NCBI GenBank assembly: GCA_046861395.1
Contig: JBHHUC010000005.1
Coordinates: 1-64,000 of the forward strand
Direction: 5' to 3'
Source of the DNA: Fidelibacterota bacterium
GTDB taxonomy: Bacteria > Fidelibacterota > Marinisomatia > Marinisomatales > JABMOV01
DNA: 64,000 nucleotides
Part shown: positions 39,878-48,609 of the stretch, piece by piece
Position numbering within the stretch: position 1 is the first letter of the stretch
How the letters are laid out: each line of letters opens with the position of its first letter
Notes under the pieces: model-generated
Seen by the model: the letters and a program-made list of their open reading frames with translations, nothing else
What the model was told of the DNA's origin: nothing
The model's database searches: none
Program-made: the position numbers and the translations under genes

Positions 39878-39930
39878 TTATGAAAACAGGATTATTCGAG
39901 TATAATCTCTTCTCCGGCATGGAACCGAGT

Positions 39931-39963
39931 GGAATAATTTTCCGGCAGGTGCTTCTTTTTTCC
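39931..39963. promoter_or_regulatory. Candidate enhancer for the fliM promoter
   Basis: GGAATAATTTTCC (39931) and a right-half match GCTTCTTTTTTCC 20 bp away (39951). Confidence 0.55.
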
Positions 39964-39965
39964 CA

Positions 39966-39996
39966 GTCGGGCAGCCTCATGCGGAGGCTGCCCGAC
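39966..39996 (-). other. 13-bp GC-rich hairpin after flgE (terminator or mRNA-stability element)
   Basis: GTCGGGCAGCCTC-N5-GAGGCTGCCCGAC, 10 nt after the flgE stop; no U-tract follows on the coding strand. Confidence 0.7.
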
Positions 39997-40006
39997 ATCG
40001 TAAACA

Positions 40007-41923
40007 TTAACCTAAGCGGACTGTCTCTTCCAGGAAGTCCGTATAGGTGGAAAGGACCCGAGCGGCTGCCTGAAAGGAGCGCTGGGCTTCAATCATTGAC
40101 GTGAGTTCCTCCGTCAGGTCCACGGTTGAGGATTCCAGGGAACCGGATTCCACGTCAGAATCCAGGCTGTTGGGCGCGCCGATCTGTGCAATACCGCTGT
40201 CGATTGTATCAACGAAGTTGCTTCCAGACACTTTCTGCAACCCGCTGGGGTTATTGAATTTTGCCAGTGCAATCTGACCTAATTCCATTTTTTCCCCGTT
40301 GGTGAAGGACCCGAAAATGAGGCCGTCGGCATCAATCTGGAACCCGTTCAGAGAACCGGTTTTACGGCCATCTTGTTCCCGGGAATGGATGGTGGAAGAA
40401 AAATCATACTGTGAAATTCCCGAAAAACCTTCCGATCCCCGACCATCGATGTTTATCGTCTGGGTGGCAGCTCCATCACCCGGGGCGAACGTCAGGGCAT
40501 CCACACCACCATCATGCTGCAAGGAAATGAAATTTCCCTCCGTATCAAAAAGGACTTTTCCGGTTGCACCACTGACCATGGTTTCATTGTCGGAGCCCGT
40601 TATGGTCCAGGTCCACTCACCGTCATTTTCGGTTTTTGTGAATTCCAGCGTCAAATTGTGGCTGGCACCGAGACTGTCATAAACAATCATCGAAGTGGTT
40701 ACACGGCCGGTGAAACCGGGAACGGAATTGGTGAAACTGGGCAGGGAAATCTTTTCCCCGACGCTGGCGTTGCCTACGGCCAGAGCTATTTGAGATTCAC
40801 TTTCACCGGGGACATCATCCGTCATAACGATTTGCCCGTCCCTCAGCGTCACGGTTGAACTTCCAGCAAAGACATCATTCATCACCGTTACCAGGTCCCC
40901 CAGCGTGGTACCATCTTCGGTAGACCCGAAAGTAAAGGTGCGAGCCAAGGATGCGCCTGCGGAATCGGACCCAGAAATGTTCAGAGTGTCTCCGTCTATG
41001 AAGTTGGAATGAACCTGAAGCAGGTCATTAATGGGTGTCAATTCACTGGCAAGGTTTCCGGACGTGGCGACCTGCCCATCGGTGAAACCAAGGGTTGACA
41101 GTAAATCATTGGTTCCAACCCGTAAGGTAAGACCCGTTCCGCTTTCGCCGTCGATAGCTCTGAATTTCAAGAACCCGCCCTCGGCATATGCCTCCACGTT
41201 TCCGTCCAGGACGGATGAATTCCCGATTTGGGTATTGATTTCCGTTACAAGGGAATCCAGATCGGCGTAACTCTGTTCCGTCAATGTGATTTCAACCGGT
41301 GAACCGTCACCGGTGGGAGGATCGTACTGAATCTGAAGCTGATTATTGGTGGCCGTAACATCCAACGGGAACGTGATACTCGAACCACTGGCGAGGATGG
41401 CCTTGGTCGTAAAGGTACCACTGGTCATCCATACTTCCGCCTGGGGTGTCAGTCCGGCATTCAGATTTCCGGACAGATACACATTTTCTGTTGTTTTGGC
41501 CGGCATGATCAGGTTGGGATCAATGACAATGTCCTGGAGCTGGTTGGCACCGGTATTGGATGATGATCCGTCCACTGCATTGTTGACCCAGCCCTGGACC
41601 ACAAAGGAGTCGGCATTTCCCAGTTTACCGTTGGAATCAATGAAGAAAGCCCCGGAGCGGGTATAGACCGTTTCTTCACCTTTTTTCATAACGAAAAACC
41701 CGTTCCCATTAATCGCCAGGTCGGTTGCATTTCCGGTGAATTCCAAGGCACCTTGGGTAAAGGGTGAGCGGGTGACATTTACGATGGCGCCCAGCGTTTC
41801 AACAAAGGTCATACGACTCGTCTTATAGCCGGGAGTGTTAATATTGGCAATGTTCGTTCCCAACAATTCCAGACGGGAACGTTGATTGCTTAGTGCGGAA
41901 ACCGCTACATCAAATGAACTCAT
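40007..41923 (-). CDS. flgE: Hook protein FlgE (long form)
   Basis: NIANINTPGYK, DLAINGNGFF, YTRSGAF, VYDSLGASH, LESSTVDLTEE..QRSFQA; AGGAGG RBS. Confidence 0.95.
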   Translation of the reverse strand: MSSFDVAVSALSNQRSRLELLGTNIANINTPGYKTSRMTFVETLGAIVNVTRSPFTQGALEFTGNATDLAINGNGFFVMKKGEETVYTRSGAFFIDSNGKLGNADSFVVQGWVNNAVDGSSSNTGANQLQDIVIDPNLIMPAKTTENVYLSGNLNAGLTPQAEVWMTSGTFTTKAILASGSSITFPLDVTATNNQLQIQYDPPTGDGSPVEITLTEQSYADLDSLVTEINTQIGNSSVLDGNVEAYAEGGFLKFRAIDGESGTGLTLRVGTNDLLSTLGFTDGQVATSGNLASELTPINDLLQVHSNFIDGDTLNISGSDSAGASLARTFTFGSTEDGTTLGDLVTVMNDVFAGSSTVTLRDGQIVMTDDVPGESESQIALAVGNASVGEKISLPSFTNSVPGFTGRVTTSMIVYDSLGASHNLTLEFTKTENDGEWTWTITGSDNETMVSGATGKVLFDTEGNFISLQHDGGVDALTFAPGDGAATQTINIDGRGSEGFSGISQYDFSSTIHSREQDGRKTGSLNGFQIDADGLIFGSFTNGEKMELGQIALAKFNNPSGLQKVSGSNFVDTIDSGIAQIGAPNSLDSDVESGSLESSTVDLTEELTSMIEAQRSFQAAARVLSTYTDFLEETVRLG

Positions 41924-41934
41924 TTTTCCTCCTT

Positions 41935-41986
41935 TTCCGTCTCTGTCGTTCGACGGAATCAGGGGCCTCCCTTGCGGGTCCGGCCC
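41935..41986 (-). ncRNA. Candidate cis-regulatory two-hairpin RNA in the flgE leader
   Basis: GGGCC-GGA-CCC-GCAA-GGG-A-GGCCC then UUCCGUC-GAACGACAGA-GACGGAA, ending 1 nt before the AGGAGG RBS. Confidence 0.6.
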
Positions 41987-41994
41987 GGTTTGGT

Positions 41995-42402
41995 TTACAC
42001 TACTGCAACACTGTCGATGTTCGTGAAAACATGTTCCCTAGTCGCTTCCGGTGACAGGGCAGTAATGATGGTTTTATTTGTCACGCTGAGAACGAAGGCC
42101 GTACCGTCCATAAACAACAGGGAGCTTTGACTTCCCTTTCGTTCCACCATTTGCAGGCCTTCCTGCAGGCGTTCCATGTTTTGTGGTGTAAGATTAATGT
42201 GCCGCTGGTCCAGACGCTTCATGGCATGGGCCGAAAATGTCAGATTCTGCTTGTCCTTGATCTGCTGATGCAGGACATCGCGAAAGGCTGGACGAGCCGA
42301 TGCCGTGTTCTGAGCGACGTTTTCCGGTCCTTTGGCCGGTGTCGGATTGACCGTACGCGGCGATTGTATCCGGTGTTGAATGGTTAATTCTGCTAATTTC
42401 AT
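41995..42402 (-). CDS. TIGR02530/DUF3766-family flagellar operon protein
   Basis: LTFSAHAMKRLDQRHI, KGSQSSL, NKTIITAL and C-terminal FTNIDSVAVV; lies between flgD and flgE. Confidence 0.88.
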   Translation of the reverse strand: MKLAELTIQHRIQSPRTVNPTPAKGPENVAQNTASARPAFRDVLHQQIKDKQNLTFSAHAMKRLDQRHINLTPQNMERLQEGLQMVERKGSQSSLLFMDGTAFVLSVTNKTIITALSPEATREHVFTNIDSVAVV

Positions 42403-42413
42403 CGTTGCTAATC

Positions 42414-43097
42414 CTAATCGTTGAAAGAAATTTCCAGTATTGAGGAGAACGGTATTTCCTGGGATCCGATCAGAAAGACGGCTGAACCGTCTTCATATCG
42501 TACACCGTTAATGATCCCCTGAACGAAAGGCGTGGCCTGGATTGAATTGCCATTGGGATCGGCCGCTTCGATGGAAAAGGTATAATTCCCTTCCGGCATC
42601 GTGGTGCCGTTATTGTTTTTTCCATCCCAGGTGAAGGTGTGTTCTCCCCGTTGCATTCCTGATTCTTCAATGACGCGAATCACGGCCCCTTCATCATCCA
42701 TAATACTGATCTTTACCGCACTGGCATCACCGGACAAATCGAAGGACAGGGAAGCCTGACCATCCACGCCGTATGTGATTAAGTTCCCATCAGCACGTGC
42801 CGATTTCCCGATTGCGGTGGCCGCCAGTGTGTTATTGATCGTCTGGGACAATACCAGATCCATATCCACGCCGTACTGAATATTGCTGTCTATGCTGGCC
42901 AGTTGCTCCACCGATGTGAACTGGGCTAATTGTGCGGCAAAGGCTTCGCTGTCGGCGGGGGCTGTAGGATCCTGATTGGTTAATTCCGTCAATAATAATT
43001 TCAGAAATTCATCCATTTCAATTCCCGACTTACGGGCAGTCTGTGTGCTGGCAGCGGCCCCGCCAGGATTCATATTCAGATTTGTTATTCCTTCCAT
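42414..43097 (-). CDS. flgD: Hook cap FlgD
   Basis: FLKLLLTELTNQDPTAP..AQLAQFTSVEQL; FlgD Ig motif FTWDGKNNNG..GNY. Confidence 0.96.
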   Translation of the reverse strand: MEGITNLNMNPGGAAASTQTARKSGIEMDEFLKLLLTELTNQDPTAPADSEAFAAQLAQFTSVEQLASIDSNIQYGVDMDLVLSQTINNTLAATAIGKSARADGNLITYGVDGQASLSFDLSGDASAVKISIMDDEGAVIRVIEESGMQRGEHTFTWDGKNNNGTTMPEGNYTFSIEAADPNGNSIQATPFVQGIINGVRYEDGSAVFLIGSQEIPFSSILEISFND

Positions 43098-43114
43098 GCC
43101 ATTTTCCTTCCTGT

Positions 43115-44605
43115 TTAGGCAATGATTTCCAGCGTGTTATAGCCATAGTCCAGCTTCGCCGGTTGTGATTTGACTCTTTCGGAACTAGTCGCGTCCTGTT
43201 CGTCGTCCACGTTGGTCCATTGATCTTTCATTTTCCTCCGGTCGGTTCGTGTTTCCTGCTCCCGTGTCTGCTGCTGGTTTATCTGTACATCCAGCGATGA
43301 TAATTCGAATCCCTTCTGGTTCAGATTTTCCTGAATCATAGGAACCAGCCGGTCAATAAACTCCTTGCTTGCAATATTGTCAACTAAAATGGTGACATGT
43401 TCTCTGGCGTCCACCTGGGAAAACTGAACTCCTATTTTTCCCAATGATCCGGAATCCACGGAAAAATGTGTAACCCTGGCTGTTGTTGTTGCCATTTGCA
43501 GTATGATCCGTGCGATGCGTTCAATGTGTACAGTTTGGCTTAACTTGCTGAACCGTGGTAGGGAATTTGCCTCCCGGGAATCCTGGACCAGGCCAGATCG
43601 GTGCTCCGGCTTAACCAAAAAGCCATCTTGTTGGGGCGATAGATTGCGATGAATGGTGTGTTTTGCCTCTTGGCCGGCCTTTTCCGCTACATTCATGGGT
43701 GTTTGTTCTGGTCCCGCATTCTTACCCGACGCTGTTTTCTGCTGTATTGCTTCTTCCGAAACCTCCGCCGGCTCAGTGCCCTGTTTAGGGACGCTGCGGA
43801 CCGAACGAACCGGCTTCTGAATTACTTTCAGCGCCTGGTCCAGCGAAAGTCCGGGAATACGGCGATCCATTTTCTCCTTTTTGTCCCGCTTCACGTCAGT
43901 TGCAATCACGGCCGGGTCTTTGGCCCGCAATCGTTGCTCCTCCATCGTCGGTGTTTTGGTACCTTCCGGCAGGGGACGAGGAGTGGCTAATGGTTCCGCG
44001 GATGTCGTTTTCGTTCCAGCGTCCCGCTCCGGATATGCGGCCCCGGACTGAGGCATTACATCTTCCTGCATGGCTACGGCCTGCCGATTCGGTTGCGGAG
44101 ACTGAACCGGCGAAGGAGCCGGGTCCGCCGGGGCGTTTGGTATTGTGGGTACCGGTCTTTTCCCCGGGGTGGCCGTCGCAGGAAGAGGTGAAAGGTTTTC
44201 CGGCGGTTGTTTCTGAATGGTCGGGCGCAAGGAAGCGTTGATCACCGATTTGGGCCGGGGTAATATGAGTTCCGGCACCAACTGCGGGCGGGCCGGCAAT
44301 GCTTGATTGACCGACGGCACTGGATTCATGGGTTTTACTGTCGCCGGGGCCGCTGCTGTTGCGGACGTCAGGACCGGTATGATACCCGGCGCAATATTCA
44401 CTTTCCGCGGTTTTACCGATTCCATGTCGGGGGTTACCGGACGCTTCACGGTGCCGGGCAACATTTTCTTCAATATTTCGGGCGGGTCGGGTACCGGCAT
44501 ATTGCCGAACCAGATGGCGTTCATGGCATCATTGGGCTGAGGGCCGGTTTCCGCTCCGGGTTGCCCCTGAGGTGTCGGAGCTTGGATTTCTATGATTTTA
44601 ATCAA
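43115..44605 (-). CDS. fliK: Hook-length control protein FliK
   Basis: Pro-rich disordered N-terminus; T3S4-like C-domain SLGKIGV..LNQKGFELSSLDV; upstream of flgD; TTG start. Confidence 0.82.
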   Translation of the reverse strand: MIKIIEIQAPTPQGQPGAETGPQPNDAMNAIWFGNMPVPDPPEILKKMLPGTVKRPVTPDMESVKPRKVNIAPGIIPVLTSATAAAPATVKPMNPVPSVNQALPARPQLVPELILPRPKSVINASLRPTIQKQPPENLSPLPATATPGKRPVPTIPNAPADPAPSPVQSPQPNRQAVAMQEDVMPQSGAAYPERDAGTKTTSAEPLATPRPLPEGTKTPTMEEQRLRAKDPAVIATDVKRDKKEKMDRRIPGLSLDQALKVIQKPVRSVRSVPKQGTEPAEVSEEAIQQKTASGKNAGPEQTPMNVAEKAGQEAKHTIHRNLSPQQDGFLVKPEHRSGLVQDSREANSLPRFSKLSQTVHIERIARIILQMATTTARVTHFSVDSGSLGKIGVQFSQVDAREHVTILVDNIASKEFIDRLVPMIQENLNQKGFELSSLDVQINQQQTREQETRTDRRKMKDQWTNVDDEQDATSSERVKSQPAKLDYGYNTLEIIA

Positions 44606-45137
44606 CGGTGACGACTCCTGCCAGTTGCTGGGTTAATACCGCGGCCCGGGTACTTGTGAGGGCCAGCAGCAGGTTTTTTCGATTCCGGCTGCTCATATTT
44701 TTATAGAGAGCAATCAGGGTCTGATCATCAATTTTTGCCAGAATGGGTTCCATTTCCTTGGGCTTGAGGGATTCATACGTTTTTGCCAACTCTTTCATGT
44801 TCATTTGTTGTGATTCAAGAGCTGTAACTTTTTCTCCCAAGGCGGCAATTTTGTTTTCAAATTTTGCAATATCTCTGTTAAGCTGTGAAATAACATCCAG
44901 GAGACTGTCCTTTTCCATGCTCAGGAAAAAATGATTACTGTTTAATTCATTGATCACCTGAATCAGACTATCTTTCTCACTGATAGTCAGAGCCGGTTCA
45001 TCCGTTGCTTCGGCCGGCGGACTGACTGGTGCCTCGGCCTTGGCAGGAAAGAAAAATGTGAATATAATGAATGTAGTCGCTATGACGATCAATAACACAC
45101 TGGCTGAAATGCCGCCTATCACATAGAGCTTTTTCAT
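44598..45137 (-). CDS. MotE/FlbB/YlxF-like membrane-anchored coiled-coil protein
   Basis: N-terminal TM, coiled coil, LAKTYESLKPKEMEPIL MgtE_N/FliG-like helices; lies between fliJ and fliK. Confidence 0.78.
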   Translation of the reverse strand: MKKLYVIGGISASVLLIVIATTFIIFTFFFPAKAEAPVSPPAEATDEPALTISEKDSLIQVINELNSNHFFLSMEKDSLLDVISQLNRDIAKFENKIAALGEKVTALESQQMNMKELAKTYESLKPKEMEPILAKIDDQTLIALYKNMSSRNRKNLLLALTSTRAAVLTQQLAGVVTVD

Positions 45138-45595
45138 CCGATCCGACCTCCTCCGACATTTCGGCCGGCAGCGGTGATGGCCTGTTCATCCTGCTTTTTC
45201 TGTTCCGCCTTTTTTGCTTCACGGGCTTGTCTTTCCAGATATTTTTCCTTCAGTTTCTCGAGGACTTTCTTGGCCTTGGCTGCCGCCAGAAGCTCCCGGC
45301 GTTTATTGGCAACCTTGACCGTCGAAGCGCTGGTTTTTTTACGCTGATCTGCAATCGTGGCATTCAACCCGTTGATGTACCCGGCCGAGACCTGTAAGTC
45401 AAACAGAGAATGGGTCGTTTCCGGTTTTGCATGGTGTAAAAGGGCTGAATCTTTCACATTCTCCAGCTTTGACAACCGCCGCTGTGCTTCTTTTAATTCA
45501 TCCTTGGTTTTTCGTAAATCGATCTCCAGTAATTCCTCTCTCAGGGATTTGACGTTCAGTACTTTTTCCAATGAAAACTGGTCTGATTTGCTCAT
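45134..45595 (-). CDS. fliJ: Export protein FliJ
   Basis: FSLEKVL start, coiled coil, KVLEKLKEK..EQKKQDE; follows fliI. Confidence 0.9.
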   Translation of the reverse strand: MSKSDQFSLEKVLNVKSLREELLEIDLRKTKDELKEAQRRLSKLENVKDSALLHHAKPETTHSLFDLQVSAGYINGLNATIADQRKKTSASTVKVANKRRELLAAAKAKKVLEKLKEKYLERQAREAKKAEQKKQDEQAITAAGRNVGGGRIG

Positions 45596-45596
45596 C

Positions 45597-46922
45597 TCAG
45601 TCTTTCCCGCTGGTCAGTTGAAAAAGTCTGTCCAGCGTTTCCTGAAAGGAGGATGCTTCATCCATCCCCTGCCGGAGAAATTGATTGATGGCCGGTATTT
45701 TTTCGATTGCTTCATCGATTTTTGGGTTTGCGCCTTCGCTGTAGGCCCCGATATTGATCAAATCTTCAGCTTCAGTATACTGGGCAATCAAATCCAGGAT
45801 ATCCATGGATACATTGATCTGTTCAGGGTCCGCGACCTGTTTTTTCAAACGACTGACACTTTGCAATACATCGACTGAAGGATAATGTCCCTTGGAAGCC
45901 AGTTTACGGGATAAAACTATATGTCCATCCAAAATGGCCCGGGCCGCATCACTCATGGGGTCATCCAAGTCGTCCCCTTCCACAAGGACGGTGAAAAGAC
46001 CGGAAATACTTCCGCGCTCATTGCACCCGGCTCTTTCCAGCAACCGGGGAAGAAAGGCAAATACCGATGGTGTGTATCCTTTGGCGGTGGGGGGTTCACC
46101 TACGGCCAGTCCGATTTCACGCTGGGCCATGGCTACTCGGGTCAACGAATCCATCAATAACATAACATCCTGACTCTGGTCACGAAAATATTCCGCAATG
46201 GACATAGCCATGAGGCTCCCTTTCAGCCTTAACATTGCAGCCTGATCGGATGTAGCCACAATGACCACGGATTTTTTCAATCCTTCTTCACCTAGATCTC
46301 TTTCAATGAATTCACGAACTTCCCGACCACGTTCTCCGATCAGGGCAATCACATTTACGGCGGCATCTGCGTAGCGCGCCATCATTCCCAACAGCACACT
46401 TTTTCCAACGCCACTACCAGCAAAAATTCCCACCCGCTGACCTTTTCCGATAGTCAACAGGCCATCAATGGAGCGAATTCCGGTTACCAGAGGTTTATCA
46501 ATATTATTTCGCAACATGGGATTGGGCGGACGGTTGTAAACCGGTTGAAATTCCGTGGCCGCAATGGGTCCCTTGCCGTCAATTGGATTACCCAGGGCGT
46601 CAATGACACGGCCCATAAGGGCCGGTCCAACGGGAACGTGGAGAGGGCGTGGGCTAATTTGCACACCGCTGCCGGGAGAAATTCCAACCGTCTCATCCAG
46701 CGGCATTAAAAGGGCCCGTTGACCGTTAAAACCTACAATTTCAGCCCGTATTTCACGTTGGGAACGTGTTCGGATGGTACACAATTCTCCCATCGTACCA
46801 TCCGGTAAATAGGCTTCAATGACCAACCCAATCACCTTGGTGACCTTTCCGATTTTCTTGTATCCTTCAAGAATATCAATCTGGTCTAGTTTATTGTCAA
46901 ATATTTGAGCGGGCTGAATCAT
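45597..46922 (-). CDS. fliI: Export ATPase FliI
   Basis: FAGSGVGKS, GERGRE, MDSLTRVAMAQREIGL, ILDGHIVLSR. Confidence 0.97.
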   Translation of the reverse strand: MIQPAQIFDNKLDQIDILEGYKKIGKVTKVIGLVIEAYLPDGTMGELCTIRTRSQREIRAEIVGFNGQRALLMPLDETVGISPGSGVQISPRPLHVPVGPALMGRVIDALGNPIDGKGPIAATEFQPVYNRPPNPMLRNNIDKPLVTGIRSIDGLLTIGKGQRVGIFAGSGVGKSVLLGMMARYADAAVNVIALIGERGREVREFIERDLGEEGLKKSVVIVATSDQAAMLRLKGSLMAMSIAEYFRDQSQDVMLLMDSLTRVAMAQREIGLAVGEPPTAKGYTPSVFAFLPRLLERAGCNERGSISGLFTVLVEGDDLDDPMSDAARAILDGHIVLSRKLASKGHYPSVDVLQSVSRLKKQVADPEQINVSMDILDLIAQYTEAEDLINIGAYSEGANPKIDEAIEKIPAINQFLRQGMDEASSFQETLDRLFQLTSGKD

Positions 46923-47596
46923 GCCAGGTCGCTTAACAACTGTTCCTCGATGTGGTTTAATTGGCTGCCCAGATCTCCTTCCAGGAAGTAATCATCCAGT
47001 TCAATCAGGCATTCCCCCGGAGCCAGACGGTCACTGGAAACAAAATTCACTTCCGCGTGGGGCGGGAAAATGATGGACTCCAGTTCCGTTGAAGTACACA
47101 CCCAATTGAGTTGTTTGGGGTTCACATAGACGGTCAGCGATTTGGAATGGGTGACTTTTTCAACTAATTCCCTGATCCGGTTTACCAATATTTTTTCCTT
47201 ATTCCCGTTTTTGTCCAATTCGGCACCGATGATTTTTTCTGCGATTTTTACCGATAGCCGGATCATGGGCTTGGCCGCCTGTTCAAGTCGGTCATCCACC
47301 TGGGCTTTCAGCGAACTGAGCATGGAATCATAGATGGCTTTTATTTCTTCCATTTGTCCTGTCAAATCCTTTAACGCCGCCTGGCGCCCTTCCGAATATC
47401 CGGCCTGAAAGGCCTGGTCTCGGGCTTCCGCCATGGTATTGCGCAGTGTTTCCACCTGCTTGCTTAATTCTTCCACCCGATCAGACGTATTGCCATATAA
47501 GTCACCGGTGTCGAACGACGGTCTTACCTGGTCGCCGTTAGTGACAATATTGAAACTGCTGACCTTCTTGCTTAATGGTAACCTTAATTCTCTCAT
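46919..47596 (-). CDS. fliH: Export ATPase regulator FliH
   Basis: AFQAGYSEG repeats, IAEKII, VYVNP, GECLIE; lies between fliG and fliI. Confidence 0.9.
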   Translation of the reverse strand: MRELRLPLSKKVSSFNIVTNGDQVRPSFDTGDLYGNTSDRVEELSKQVETLRNTMAEARDQAFQAGYSEGRQAALKDLTGQMEEIKAIYDSMLSSLKAQVDDRLEQAAKPMIRLSVKIAEKIIGAELDKNGNKEKILVNRIRELVEKVTHSKSLTVYVNPKQLNWVCTSTELESIIFPPHAEVNFVSSDRLAPGECLIELDDYFLEGDLGSQLNHIEEQLLSDLA

Positions 47597-48609
47597 TCAA
47601 TCACCTCTTCCGATTCTGATCGGTCAACCACGATCTTGTTACTCTTTTCCAGTCTTCGCACGACTTCCACCACCTTTTTCTGGGCCGTATCAACTTCACT
47701 AACTTTCACCGGTCCCAGATACTGTAAATCATCTTTCAGCATTTCGGCCGCACGCTCAGACATGTTGCTAAATATTTTATCCCGCAATTCATCACTGGAC
47801 GATTTCAAGGCATAAGCCAAGACTTTGGAATCCACTTCCTTCACGATGATCTGCACCGCTTCATCGGGCAGCTTAATAATATCATCATACACAAACATGA
47901 GGCCTGAGATTTCCTCTGCCAGGACGGAATCGTGCTGTTTGATAAATTCCATCACATTTTTTTCCGTGGCCCGGTTGGCATAATTCAGGATTTCTGCCAT
48001 GGATTCAATTCCGCCAATCGTATCACTTTGCCGCCCGAATCCGGTCCCGATATTTTCACGCAATAAGGATTCCACTTCATTGAGCAGCTCATCGGATGGT
48101 TTCCCGATCGTAGTCAGGCGATAGGCAATGTCGGCCTGTGTTTCCGGCGGTAAACCCGCCATCAGGGTAGCGGCCTGATCGGGCTTAAGTTTGGCCAGCA
48201 CCAGGGCCGCTGTTTGGGGATGTTCATTTTTAATAAAACTTAATAGAAGTTTATTATCTACCGATTGCAACAGATTGAAGGCGCTGGTTTCGGTGGCTTC
48301 CTGGGCACGGCGAAGAATTTCATTTGCCTTTTCTTCGCTATAGGCGCTCATGAGGACTTCCTTGGCATATTCCGGACCACCGGTGACGATATATTGCCGG
48401 GCAACAATCAATTCATAATACTCTTGAATTACCAGGCTCAACACCGCTGCCGGGATGTTTTTCAGGCGGGCCATTTCTATGGCGATACGTTCCGTTTCCT
48501 GATCGGTGAGATTTTTCATGACCTGCGCCGCGTTGTCCACTCCCAGGGCCACCAGGATCAGGGCAGCTTTCTGATAAGATGGAATCTGGATCTGGGCGTT
48601 ATCTTCCAT
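47593..48609 (-). CDS. fliG: Rotor protein FliG
   Basis: KAALILVALG, EHPQ, MFVY, NMSERAAEML..LGPVK; start at ATG 48609. Confidence 0.96.
   Translation of the reverse strand: MEDNAQIQIPSYQKAALILVALGVDNAAQVMKNLTDQETERIAIEMARLKNIPAAVLSLVIQEYYELIVARQYIVTGGPEYAKEVLMSAYSEEKANEILRRAQEATETSAFNLLQSVDNKLLLSFIKNEHPQTAALVLAKLKPDQAATLMAGLPPETQADIAYRLTTIGKPSDELLNEVESLLRENIGTGFGRQSDTIGGIESMAEILNYANRATEKNVMEFIKQHDSVLAEEISGLMFVYDDIIKLPDEAVQIIVKEVDSKVLAYALKSSSDELRDKIFSNMSERAAEMLKDDLQYLGPVKVSEVDTAQKKVVEVVRRLEKSNKIVVDRSESEEVIE

Noticed and set aside
39765..40007. 80-aa minus-strand ORF at the usual fliL/flbD position
   Set aside because: No TM or FlbD motif; it runs through the hairpin, enhancer and sigma54 promoter and overlaps fliM.
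41460..41510. Spirochaete-type lysinoalanine hook cross-link site in FlgE
   Set aside because: The Lys is present (PAKTT) but the partner Cys position reads LSGNL.
43649..44611. Several plus-strand ORFs over fliK
   Set aside because: Shadows of a GC-rich, Pro-rich coding region; the minus-strand ORF has the FliK C-domain and expected position.
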